This document shows, one piece after another, positions 16,889 to 26,399 of a DNA stretch of 42,009 nt. Below the pieces are notes generated by a model that was not told the DNA's origin, did no database searches, and worked only from the letters and a program-made list of their open reading frames with translations. The stretch lies in sequence record SRR22947725_1543; one strand, written 5' to 3'. Position 1 is the stretch's first letter. Every line of letters begins with the position of its first letter. The position numbers and the translations under genes were made by a program.

Positions 16889-18397
16889 TTAGTAACGACC
16901 GTCTGTTCCAAACATGTCCGTCTTCGAAGGACGTGGACGTTTGCGAACTGAGTGATCTGGCTCTCCAGTCACACGATCAAATTCATCTGGAGTTCTTTTA
17001 GATGGAATGTAGTCCCCAGTTTTTACATACCACTCTTTCATTTTGCCCTTAAGAGTCTCAAAGACCTCTTTATAAGCAGGATTGCCGACAAGGTTATTAG
17101 TCTCATTGGGATCCTTTTCTAAGTCAAATAATTCATACTTAGGACGAGGAGAATTAAAACAAGCCTGTTGAAGTGGAGTCAATTCATTGGCTTTCTTTAA
17201 CTTCAGCATTGCCTGCCAAGTTAAACTGCGACCCGCATCTGCAGAAGGAGTTGTTGGCAAGTCATTATAAGTATTGCGAATTAATTTATAACGCTGATTA
17301 CCAATAGAACGGGCATGATCTTCGTAATCGTGCCAATGATCTTCACCAAAAGCATATTCGCGCACTTCTTCATTCGGATCTTCAAGAATACCAGTAAAAC
17401 TTACTCCCTCAAAAGAGTCTTCATTATCAAGCCCAGCCAGCTCAAGAATTGTCGGTGCTAAATCAATTGAACTCACCAAACTCTTACTGATGGTACCGGC
17501 TTCAACGCCTGCAGGCCACTTGACGATAAAAGGTGTTTTGATACCGCCGTCATAAAGAGAAGTCTTATCTCTTGGGAAAGGACGACCGTTGTCACTCATA
17601 AAAATGACCACAGTATTTTCTGCCACACCCTGAGCTTCAAGCTCTTTCATGACCTTACCAACATACGAATCCAAGCGACCGATTTCATCATAATATAAAC
17701 GTAGATCTTCGCGAACATCCGGATGGTCCGGTAAATGTGAAGGAATGATAACATCACTTGAACGGTGCGGTGGGTTCAAAGCGCCATCTTCATAGGCTCT
17801 ATGAGGGTCCAAAGCTGCAAACCACATAAAAAATGGCTTATCTTTAGGGCGATTTTTAAGAACTGGTAGCCAATCTTCGCAACCACTCGGCTTTTTATCT
17901 GCGACCATCACAGGCTTAGTTTTCCCGTCTCCAGTTGGCAACTGAAAACCAGCGACATTGGCTTCAAGAACATCATCAAAGCGGTTCTTGACATTTTCTC
18001 CCATATGCCATTTCCCTGATGCAGCGGTGTAATAACCGGCATCTTTCAGCTTTTCTACAAAAGTAACCGACGATTTCGGTAAAGGCCAATGAAGCTGCTC
18101 TGCACCTGTATTGTGCGGGTACCTTCCCGTAATGATACTTGCGCGACTTGGACTACATGAACTGGCAGTCAAATAAGCGTGATCAAAACGCATACCATCT
18201 TCAGCCATCTGATCAATGAAAGGAGTTCTGATAGTGGGGTGCCCATAAGCTCCACTATCATCCCAATTCATGTCATCGGCGATAATCAAAATGACATTAG
18301 GCCTTTCTTCTAGACTCGTTGAACATGATGCTCCAAAAAGAATCACACACAACAAAGATAAAAACTGACACGCAGCAGTTTTGATATTCATATACAT
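16889..18397 (-). CDS. Formylglycine-dependent sulfatase (N-sulfoglucosamine sulfohydrolase-like), probable lipoprotein
   Basis: PNVILIIADD, CSPSRASIITG, GKWH, DPHR, SDNG.PFPR.K..LYD.G; lipobox-like FGASC. Confidence 0.92.
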   Translation of the reverse strand: MYMNIKTAACQFLSLLCVILFGASCSTSLEERPNVILIIADDMNWDDSGAYGHPTIRTPFIDQMAEDGMRFDHAYLTASSCSPSRASIITGRYPHNTGAEQLHWPLPKSSVTFVEKLKDAGYYTAASGKWHMGENVKNRFDDVLEANVAGFQLPTGDGKTKPVMVADKKPSGCEDWLPVLKNRPKDKPFFMWFAALDPHRAYEDGALNPPHRSSDVIIPSHLPDHPDVREDLRLYYDEIGRLDSYVGKVMKELEAQGVAENTVVIFMSDNGRPFPRDKTSLYDGGIKTPFIVKWPAGVEAGTISKSLVSSIDLAPTILELAGLDNEDSFEGVSFTGILEDPNEEVREYAFGEDHWHDYEDHARSIGNQRYKLIRNTYNDLPTTPSADAGRSLTWQAMLKLKKANELTPLQQACFNSPRPKYELFDLEKDPNETNNLVGNPAYKEVFETLKGKMKEWYVKTGDYIPSKRTPDEFDRVTGEPDHSVRKRPRPSKTDMFGTDGRY

Positions 18398-18412
18398 ACC
18401 CTGATTTATTTA

Positions 18413-20140
18413 TTATTTAATGAAAAAACTAAGTGCAAAAACTACACCGAAACCGACAAAACCAATTATTGTTTCAACGACAGTCCAGGTCTTAAGAGTA
18501 TCCTTAACACTCATGCCGAAAAAGCGGTTCACAAGCCAAAAGCCGGAGTCATTTACATGGGAGAATACCGTCGATCCACAGGCAACCGCAATTGCAACTA
18601 AACCAAGAGCCGGAGCACTTGGAGTTATACCGGCACCTGCCATGATACCCGCCATAATCCCACCGCCAGTAACCATGGCTACTGTCGCGGAACCTTGAGC
18701 TACACGTACTAAGGTGGCAATGATAAAGGCCAATAGAACTGGAGGCATAGAAGAATCTTTCATCATATGGCCAAGCATCTGTCCAACTCCCGAATCGATC
18801 AGTACCTGCTTAAAGACACCACCAGCACCAGTGACAAGAATGATAATACCAGCTGGTTCCAAGGCCTTAGTCGCAATCTCCTGAACTTCTTCACGAGAAT
18901 AGCCGCAGAACTTACCGAGAGTATAGAAAGAAAGTATTGTCGCAATCAACATGGCGACAAAAGGGTCACCTAAAAATTTAATGACCAACTTTACATTTTC
19001 ATCTACAGGAAAATAACCGATAACTGTACTGGCTAAAATTAACGTCAATGGTGTTAAAATAAGGAACATAACCAGACCAAAACTTGGCAGTGGCTTCCCT
19101 TCTTCAGGTTCACTAAAATCAACAAATTCAGGAATACCGATGGTCACTCTCTTTGAGATGTAGCGACCAAACATAGGACCGGCAATAATCATCGCTGGTA
19201 GACCTGCTATACAACCAAAAAGAATAACCCAACCCAAATCTGCCCCTAATAAATCGGCAACGGCAATTGGCCCTGGTGTTGGAGGGATCATGGCATGAGT
19301 GACACCTAGACCTGCTAGAAGCGGAATACCATAATAAAGAAGCGGCTTACCTGTCCTATGAGCCAAGCTGTAGACGATAGGAATAATGATGATCAAACCG
19401 ACATCTAGGAATACGGGAATTGAAATTAAAAAGCCAGTCAAACCTAAAGCCCAAGGAGCTTTATCATCACCAAACTTCTCGAGGATGTTTTTGGCTAATC
19501 TCTCAGCTCCCCCAGAAACTTCTAGCATCTTACCGAACATGGCACCAAGTCCAACAACAATAGCGACAAAACCAAGAATACCGCCCATGCCGCCTTTAAC
19601 CGTGTCGATGATACCTTTTTTCTTAAAGCCCACCAAAGTACTACTACTTTGAATATCGCTGTAATTAACTTGAACTTTTTCTACTTTTTCAGCATCAAAA
19701 TCTACATCTACCAGCAAATGATCATCATTGACCTCGAGGATATTTTCGGCTTCAATCGTCTTTTCTGGGGTATCTAGATGAAAGGGACCTTTCAAATCGC
19801 CTTTTTTATGATCGCCACTTGGCTTTTTATAATCAAATACTGCGGAAAAGTGATCTTTCATTTTATTATTTCTGGCGGAGATCTCTTCGGCAGTTTGAGA
19901 GCTGGCCACATCTGGTGCTTCATAGCCTTTTAAAACCACTTTCGTATCCGTCGTCGATAAAATAGGCATTCCTGCACCAATACCGACAAGAAAACTTACA
20001 AGAAGCAAAGTTACAAAAGCATGGAGCTTCATAACAATGATAAGATACAAGATAAGAGCAACGCCAAAAACTGAGGCTAAAATCAACTGAAGATGAGTCG
20101 GAGACGAGCCACCCGCAGCCAGTAACAATGATAAGTTCAT
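18413..20140 (-). CDS. GntP-family gluconate:H+ symporter with a large N-terminal loop insertion
   Basis: KLHAF..L, GGMGGILG, GAMFGKMLEVSGGA, IPVFLDVG, PPTPGP, GAGGVFKQVL, RVAQGSATVA, SHVNDSGFW. Confidence 0.93.
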   Translation of the reverse strand: MNLSLLLAAGGSSPTHLQLILASVFGVALILYLIIVMKLHAFVTLLLVSFLVGIGAGMPILSTTDTKVVLKGYEAPDVASSQTAEEISARNNKMKDHFSAVFDYKKPSGDHKKGDLKGPFHLDTPEKTIEAENILEVNDDHLLVDVDFDAEKVEKVQVNYSDIQSSSTLVGFKKKGIIDTVKGGMGGILGFVAIVVGLGAMFGKMLEVSGGAERLAKNILEKFGDDKAPWALGLTGFLISIPVFLDVGLIIIIPIVYSLAHRTGKPLLYYGIPLLAGLGVTHAMIPPTPGPIAVADLLGADLGWVILFGCIAGLPAMIIAGPMFGRYISKRVTIGIPEFVDFSEPEEGKPLPSFGLVMFLILTPLTLILASTVIGYFPVDENVKLVIKFLGDPFVAMLIATILSFYTLGKFCGYSREEVQEIATKALEPAGIIILVTGAGGVFKQVLIDSGVGQMLGHMMKDSSMPPVLLAFIIATLVRVAQGSATVAMVTGGGIMAGIMAGAGITPSAPALGLVAIAVACGSTVFSHVNDSGFWLVNRFFGMSVKDTLKTWTVVETIIGFVGFGVVFALSFFIK

Positions 20141-20577
20141 ACAATCACTTTTATTAAATTAAACCATACTTACACGCTTCATAGAAGCCACTACACAAAA
20201 AATAACAATAACAACACAATCGTCATATACTAACGACTGTATTCTATGCTTACTGACTATTAACTACCGATTCTTTACACTTCTTACACAAACAGCACAG
20301 AAAAAGACCTAAAAGTACAATTCTGCCAACTGAGTCGGTTGTCTTTTCTTTATACGGGAGAAAAAACTCTTTTCGGACAGCAAAAATATTTTTTAGCTAC
20401 CTTTTCTCCATCTTCGATAAAGTCATTTTCATATAATGGCCTTAGCTTATCTCTGTTATTCGCAGCGCTATTAGAAATCTAGCAGAAAGCACTAAAGAAA
20501 ATTCCTAATTTCTTTTAGTTGAGCAAGATTCTCATAGAAACACAGCTATTCTCCGATAAGAAAAAACGGGACAATAT

Positions 20578-21972
20578 TTGAGCCAAAACACCGACAACTC
20601 CCCATTACTTAACGAAGGCCCCATCCTCAAAGCCATTGGTAGTATCATGATTCCCATGGCTATCATGATGACCACAAATGTTGCCTTTAGCTATCTCGAT
20701 GCCTGGTACATTTCCCGCCTTGGTGCAGATGCCCTCAACGCCATGGACATATCTTTCCCTTTAATTAATTTGTGCAGTGCGGTCCTTTATGGTGGATTAG
20801 GAACTGGAGTCAGTGCCGCTGTCGCCCGCAAGTATGCCGTTAAAGACAATATCAAAAGCGAAAGCTGCCTCAAAATTGGCTTTGCTCTGGCTCTACCTCT
20901 ATCCCTTATCTTCACTTTGGGAATTATACTGGGCAAACCCTACCTTTTCAGTGAAGCCCGAAATTCTGTAAGCCGTGAATTGGCATATGAGTATTGCTTT
21001 TGGTACTTCTTGCCCATTGTGATCATGGCAATAGGGGCCGTCACTAGTTCTGCTATGCGCGGAGCCGGCTATGCTAAAAAGCCCGCAATCTACAGCCTCA
21101 TCTGTATGGCTCTCAATGCTATGCTCACCCCTATATTTACCTTTAATTCATTAAACTTAGGGTTTACTGAAGTCAATATGGGCCTTGGATTGGGAATCAA
21201 AGGGGCCGCCATTTCGACAACTATAGTCTATACAGTCTTCACCCTTTTCCTCATCAAAGATCTTCTCTCAGGATCTCAGGGCATAAAACTCAACTCACTC
21301 AAATGGATTTCAGACAGGCAAATCCTTAAAGACATTTTTTCCGCCAGCGCCATTGCGGCTCTTTTACCGATGATCACAAATATCGTCATCATACTCATTC
21401 TACGAGTCATGAGCCAAAAAAGTGATACTATGGTCGACGCTTTCTCTTTAGCCAAAAGATTTGAGTTATACCTTATTCAACTCACCGTTTGCCTAGGGGC
21501 CGGCACCATGGTGGTCATGGGCGCCAGCCATGCGACTGGGAATCACCAACGCATTTTAGACATACTTAAAGCCGGAATAAAAATCCTTTTCTTGATAGGC
21601 ATACCGATCACACTATTCATGACTTTTGGCAGTGACTATTACTATAAGACCCTGACGCCCAATATTGAGATTCTCAAAGAAGGCCATAAGTACTTCTTAT
21701 TTGGAGGCTTAAATATGCTCTTTACCTGCGCCATCATCCTGATGAATTTCTCATTCCAGGGAATTGGCAAGCCTTCAAAACCGATAATATTTTCGCTCTT
21801 TTCAGTGATCGCCATCCAAGGAATACTAGGGGTATTTCTTATCGAAAATGACTATAACAGCTCAGTCTATTACACTGCCATATCCATCGGGACAACAATA
21901 ACCTTTGGCTTGATTCTAAGGCGCTTTTATAAAACTATTGCTGCTGAATTAAAGCAGACAACTGCTCCTTAA
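20578..21972 (+). CDS. MATE family efflux transporter
   Basis: TTG start; about 12 TM segments; D...ISRLG..ALNA, RGAG.AK.P, G.GIKGAAIST, FQGIGK. Confidence 0.88.
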   Translation: MSQNTDNSPLLNEGPILKAIGSIMIPMAIMMTTNVAFSYLDAWYISRLGADALNAMDISFPLINLCSAVLYGGLGTGVSAAVARKYAVKDNIKSESCLKIGFALALPLSLIFTLGIILGKPYLFSEARNSVSRELAYEYCFWYFLPIVIMAIGAVTSSAMRGAGYAKKPAIYSLICMALNAMLTPIFTFNSLNLGFTEVNMGLGLGIKGAAISTTIVYTVFTLFLIKDLLSGSQGIKLNSLKWISDRQILKDIFSASAIAALLPMITNIVIILILRVMSQKSDTMVDAFSLAKRFELYLIQLTVCLGAGTMVVMGASHATGNHQRILDILKAGIKILFLIGIPITLFMTFGSDYYYKTLTPNIEILKEGHKYFLFGGLNMLFTCAIILMNFSFQGIGKPSKPIIFSLFSVIAIQGILGVFLIENDYNSSVYYTAISIGTTITFGLILRRFYKTIAAELKQTTAP

Positions 21973-22411
21973 AAGACTGAACTCGTTTCCGGTTCACCCC
22001 AAAATCAGAATGGCCAATACGACTGGCTGAACGAAAATGAATCTCTTTAGACTGGCGATCTATATATATCTCAAAATCATCGCGAAAGCGCATTATTAAA
22101 GTTACGCAAACTAAATGAAAGTAATCTTCTGACTGCGCCGCAATCGATGTTCTTTTTTGTTCCTCAATAAGCTTATGAATTATATCATGAAGCGCTTCGT
22201 CATCCAGACTATACTTTAGCGGGGCGATATAATGAGCACTCTCCTCTGTCTCATGAGAACTCACACAATTGGGCGAATTTGGGCAAGGGGCAAAGCGGCC
22301 ATTGCTCATCCCCAAGTTATCTGGCTTATTAAACATTGTATTCCCCGCTATGATACCGCCATAAATTGCTACCAAAATTATAAGCAAGCGGCTGACTTTT
22401 CTTTTCTCCAT
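21935..22411 (-). CDS. DUF1499 domain protein
   Basis: N-terminal TM, PCPNSPNCVSS, F.DD.E, IHFRSASRIGHSDFGVNRKR; ATG at 22411 preferred. Confidence 0.9.
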   Translation of the reverse strand: MEKRKVSRLLIILVAIYGGIIAGNTMFNKPDNLGMSNGRFAPCPNSPNCVSSHETEESAHYIAPLKYSLDDEALHDIIHKLIEEQKRTSIAAQSEDYFHLVCVTLIMRFRDDFEIYIDRQSKEIHFRSASRIGHSDFGVNRKRVQSFKEQLSALIQQQ

Positions 22412-22425
22412 AAGCACCTCTCATT

Positions 22426-23226
22426 TTAAGAATGAAACCACTGCCAAACATCGTTAAATTTACGGTAATCAGCGACAATGGCATCAACGCCGATTTCCAA
22501 CATTAACTGACGCTTCTTAGAACATAGCCCACCGTTATGTTCATCACTAGCGACCCCTAAGGATGGCAATCCGTACTTGGCTGCCGCTCTCATTTCCGTA
22601 CTGCCATCACCGACAATCAACATCTCACTTGCTTTGAGTTTATGCTTAGTCATAATAGCCGTAATGGACTCTTCTTTGTGATTCCCTAAAGTTTTTGCAT
22701 TAGCCCCAAAGACGTCTAAAAAATAATTATCCAGTGACAAGGTTTTAAGTTCTTTAGAAACTGCTACTTCACAGGAGCCGGTGACGACATAGTTCAAAGT
22801 GTTCTTTTCTTCTAAAAAAGATAATAACTCCAGAACTCCAGCAATAAGGTAACCTTCGCTACTCTCATGAAAGGCTTCTAACCTGCGCGCAATTTCATCA
22901 TTGAAAATACGACCAAAATCATGAAGGTAATCCTCTATTGTCCCTGCCTCTCCATGGTACTTTTCAACTAAAGAGACAATGCGCGCCATAAGCTGCCTAG
23001 GAGTCGTTCCTCCAGCGTGAGCAACTAAGTACTGTAAATCATCTTCAAGAACCGGATTTGCAGAAGGCTGGTGATCTTTATTGACCTGATCCCGCACGTA
23101 GGGGTAAAGAATAAACTCCCAGCCTTTCCGTAAAGTCGTCAAAGTGCCATCGTAGTCGAGAACAACACATTTTATCTTTGAGATCGCGGGCTTATTTAGG
23201 TACTCTATAGCATAACTATCAGTCAT
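22426..23226 (-). CDS. HAD-superfamily hydrolase
   Basis: DYDGT motif I, VVTG motif II, K motif III, VGDG..E motif IV. Confidence 0.88.
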   Translation of the reverse strand: MTDSYAIEYLNKPAISKIKCVVLDYDGTLTTLRKGWEFILYPYVRDQVNKDHQPSANPVLEDDLQYLVAHAGGTTPRQLMARIVSLVEKYHGEAGTIEDYLHDFGRIFNDEIARRLEAFHESSEGYLIAGVLELLSFLEEKNTLNYVVTGSCEVAVSKELKTLSLDNYFLDVFGANAKTLGNHKEESITAIMTKHKLKASEMLIVGDGSTEMRAAAKYGLPSLGVASDEHNGGLCSKKRQLMLEIGVDAIVADYRKFNDVWQWFHS

Positions 23227-24067
23227 TTTTATATACTTTTAAAGATGTTGGCGTAAACGTCATAAGATTCATTTTGAGAAGCGGTCTTTGTTTATTCCAC
23301 TCTTGCACATTATTCTTAAAATCGTGCGAAGACCCCATTATAACAAACTTAGTCCGGCGTTCTCTGTAGGGCAACTCTTCATCATTTTTAATAATGTTTT
23401 TAAGAATTTCATTTTCGCGTTGTTCATGGCATTCCTGCAAAAGATCAAACTTAACCTTAGACTGTAAATGCTCATTACTATAAGTCGCCAAAGTAAATTT
23501 CAGGATTCCAGCATGCTCAGCTCCTAACAAGTTCCTATCGCCCTGTTGGTGAATTAAAAATGATGCTCCTAGAAAATAAGATGGCTTAGGTAGTGAATAG
23601 GACCGTTCCTTAGCAAAGCTTAAAATCCCATTTATCTCTTCTAGCCTTTTCTCCTTAAAACTATCAGCGAAGAGGTTTCTGTAGGCATTGGGATAAACCA
23701 TACCTTCAGAGTAAATACGGTGCTTAGGAGTACTAAAGTCCATAAGGAAGTCATAAACTTCTTTCTGCACTTTATTGATTTGCAATAAGTTTTGATAAAA
23801 GGAAGCCACTAAAGACTCTTTATCTGAAGTCGCCTTTAATGATTTTTGAATAAAATCTGTATAAAGCTGCGAGTCGTGCTGCTGCCGTATATGAATGACC
23901 GTGTAAACAGCATCATTAATTTCGATTTGACTCTCAAGCCGAACAGAAGAGTCAATGCCTTTGCAAAGCTCTTGTATTTCCTGCTGACGAAAAGACACTA
24001 AGTCCTGCTGTGAAACACACCCTTGAAACAAGCCAAGAAACAGAAGTATATAAAGACTTTTCTTCAT
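23219..24067 (-). CDS. Hypothetical lipoprotein
   Basis: Lipobox FQGC after a hydrophobic N-terminus; stop overlaps the HAD start. Confidence 0.7.
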   Translation of the reverse strand: MKKSLYILLFLGLFQGCVSQQDLVSFRQQEIQELCKGIDSSVRLESQIEINDAVYTVIHIRQQHDSQLYTDFIQKSLKATSDKESLVASFYQNLLQINKVQKEVYDFLMDFSTPKHRIYSEGMVYPNAYRNLFADSFKEKRLEEINGILSFAKERSYSLPKPSYFLGASFLIHQQGDRNLLGAEHAGILKFTLATYSNEHLQSKVKFDLLQECHEQRENEILKNIIKNDEELPYRERRTKFVIMGSSHDFKNNVQEWNKQRPLLKMNLMTFTPTSLKVYKND

Positions 24068-24163
24068 TACCGTCCTAAGTTAAATCGAGTTCTCAACACT
24101 ACACTATCCATCTTTCGATTCATAACAAAAATAGATTCGTTTAGTTTGAATTAATTTTTCGAG

Positions 24164-24192
24164 TTTACGATAGCCGCGGTTCGTGCTATTAT
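24164..24192 (+). promoter_or_regulatory. Candidate sigma70 promoter
   Basis: TTTACG-N17-TATTAT with extended -10 TG, upstream of AAGGA RBS and ATG 24226. Confidence 0.5.
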
Positions 24193-24225
24193 TAGGGCGG
24201 CAAAGTACATTAATAAGGATACTAC

Positions 24226-25623
24226 ATGTCAGAAACTGAAAGTAAAATCAAAGTCGTCTGTCCCAATTGCTCCACCAAGCAATTCGTGGATGCCGATAGA
24301 GCCTTTACTAAAACTTTCTGTGAAAGTTGCTCGGTTCGTTTCACTATCCCCAAACTTTTTGGGAAAATCCTTCTACATGACGTCATCTCAAATGATGAAT
24401 TCTCAACGACTTACAACGCCACTCAACTCGAAGAGGGCCACAAATGTCACCTCAGAATCTTCGATGAAAAAATTTCTAAGAATGATAGTATTTTAAATGC
24501 TCTCAAAGAACAGATTTATAAAGTCAAAAAAATTAATAATAAAGCCATATGTAAAGTCCTTAGTTATGGCTTCGTCGGTAATGATTTTTTTATAGAGACT
24601 GAAGCCGATGACAACGGTTCACTCAAGTCGCGTATTATGAATGAAAAAATTTCACAGCGTGCCGCATTACAATACTCAATCTCTCTGATTGAATGTCTTA
24701 AGGACATAAGCCGCTCAGGACTCATTTTAGGTAATATTAAAACAAGTACCTTGCGCTGCCTACCCGATAGGCGAATTCGACTTGATGACTGTGGATTCAC
24801 CTGGACCGTCGCTTCTCTCTTATCTCAAACTCACAAAAGTATAGAAGCAATAAATAACCATAATTACGCCGCTCCAGAAACAATCAAAGAACTCGAAACC
24901 AGCCCCAAGTCCGACCTTTATGCCGCTGGTTGTGTCATTTATGAGCTGCTCTGTAAAATCTCCCCATTTGAAGAAAAAGAGACTCCCAAGAAAATCTACA
25001 AAGCGCATCTCGAAGAAGAGGCTATCTCAATTATCAAGAGAAAACCAACAATCCCTATTGAGATAAATACTATGGCGATGAAGATGATTGCCAAAGATAG
25101 CAATGACCGCCCAGACGATCTTAAGCAACTTATTGATTGCTTTGCCATCAATCTTAAACATGTTGAAGAAGTTCGAGTTGATGAAATCAAAAGAGAATTC
25201 GACATGCCGGACCCCAGTCAAACTTTGCGACCGCGGCCACCGACTGAAATTGACCTCGATATTTTCTCTGGTATCTCAAAAGAAGAAACTCAAAACAATC
25301 AAAATACCGAGACCGTTGCAGTGGATAAAGAAGCTACAAATACCGACCACTTACTAGATCCCAATATTAAAGACGTTGAACCAGATATAAAACTGCAAGA
25401 TACTGCTGTCAACATGCAGGACTTCGAAGACCTTGAAGCCGCCTACAACTCACGGCAAAATTTCAAAATGTTGATTATTGCTATCATCATCGTCGTCATA
25501 ATTGTCGCCAGTGGATTATTTTTTGTATTTAATAGTGGTCACACTAACACTACTCCAACAGCGCCAGAAAATATCAATACAGAAACAGAGTCAACAGTAC
25601 CTCAGCTAAAAAGCAGAGAATAA
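24226..25623 (+). CDS. Zn-ribbon plus degenerate protein-kinase-fold membrane protein (probable pseudokinase)
   Basis: CPNC..CESC; retains YAAPE, SDLYAAGCVIYELL and DRP, but catalytic motifs are degenerate; C-terminal TM. Confidence 0.8.
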   Translation: MSETESKIKVVCPNCSTKQFVDADRAFTKTFCESCSVRFTIPKLFGKILLHDVISNDEFSTTYNATQLEEGHKCHLRIFDEKISKNDSILNALKEQIYKVKKINNKAICKVLSYGFVGNDFFIETEADDNGSLKSRIMNEKISQRAALQYSISLIECLKDISRSGLILGNIKTSTLRCLPDRRIRLDDCGFTWTVASLLSQTHKSIEAINNHNYAAPETIKELETSPKSDLYAAGCVIYELLCKISPFEEKETPKKIYKAHLEEEAISIIKRKPTIPIEINTMAMKMIAKDSNDRPDDLKQLIDCFAINLKHVEEVRVDEIKREFDMPDPSQTLRPRPPTEIDLDIFSGISKEETQNNQNTETVAVDKEATNTDHLLDPNIKDVEPDIKLQDTAVNMQDFEDLEAAYNSRQNFKMLIIAIIIVVIIVASGLFFVFNSGHTNTTPTAPENINTETESTVPQLKSRE

Positions 25624-25637
25624 ACACCGGATACTCC

Positions 25638-26399
25638 ATGAAATTTATCACCATTGCTCTAGCCCTATGCCTAGCAAACTTTACTCATGCCCAAGCGACC
25701 TCTTCTAGGCAATTCACATTTAAATCAACGATTGTTAACGGCAGCCAGAACATAAAGGCCCTAAAAAAATCGCTCCAGCTGCAAAATAACCTACAAGCTG
25801 CCATTTATCAGCTTAAGTACGGTAAACAAAAAGATGCAAAAAAGTTAGCTGAAGCTCAACAAAAGCTTAAAGAAACTGAAGCCTACCACGAGAAAAAGTA
25901 TGGCCTCATACCTGGACTCCCTTATCAGATGAAAAATGATAAAGCCTCTGTAGCCCTCCTCCTCAACGAAGATCAACTAAATAAAATATCTGGCGAGTCA
26001 ACTAAAGACACTAAGAAAGAAACTCAACAGAAGCAGTTTAAAAAATATCCACAATTTGAGCTCAAAAGTGCTAAAGAAATTCAGGCATTCATGATGGCCG
26101 CCCAACAAGGCACCCTTATTAAAAATAAAATTGATAAACTCAAAAAAGACCGCAAAACAAAAAGCATTAAAGAACAAAAACGCATCATCGAAGAACTCAA
26201 AAAAGCTGAAGCGAAAAAAGATGAATTCGATGCCGCAATGAATAAAAAGTATGGCATACGAGCTAACCTAGACTATCTCGTTGAAATCACCTCAGTCTCA
26301 CTTTATCTAGTACTTGAGTCTACGGACCTCAAAGAAATCGCCATCAAGCAGAGAGCCAAAACTGAAGCCGCCTTCAAAAAGAAGATAAATGAAAAGTAA
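25638..26399 (+). CDS. Secreted basic hypothetical protein with internal duplication
   Basis: Signal peptide ending in THA; two similar halves each ending in KKYG[LI]-x5-Y. Confidence 0.75.
   Translation: MKFITIALALCLANFTHAQATSSRQFTFKSTIVNGSQNIKALKKSLQLQNNLQAAIYQLKYGKQKDAKKLAEAQQKLKETEAYHEKKYGLIPGLPYQMKNDKASVALLLNEDQLNKISGESTKDTKKETQQKQFKKYPQFELKSAKEIQAFMMAAQQGTLIKNKIDKLKKDRKTKSIKEQKRIIEELKKAEAKKDEFDAAMNKKYGIRANLDYLVEITSVSLYLVLESTDLKEIAIKQRAKTEAAFKKKINEK

Noticed and set aside
20141-20577. 437-bp intergenic region as a possible ncRNA or hidden gene
   Set aside because: Only very short ORFs and weak AT-rich hairpins; a divergent promoter region explains it.
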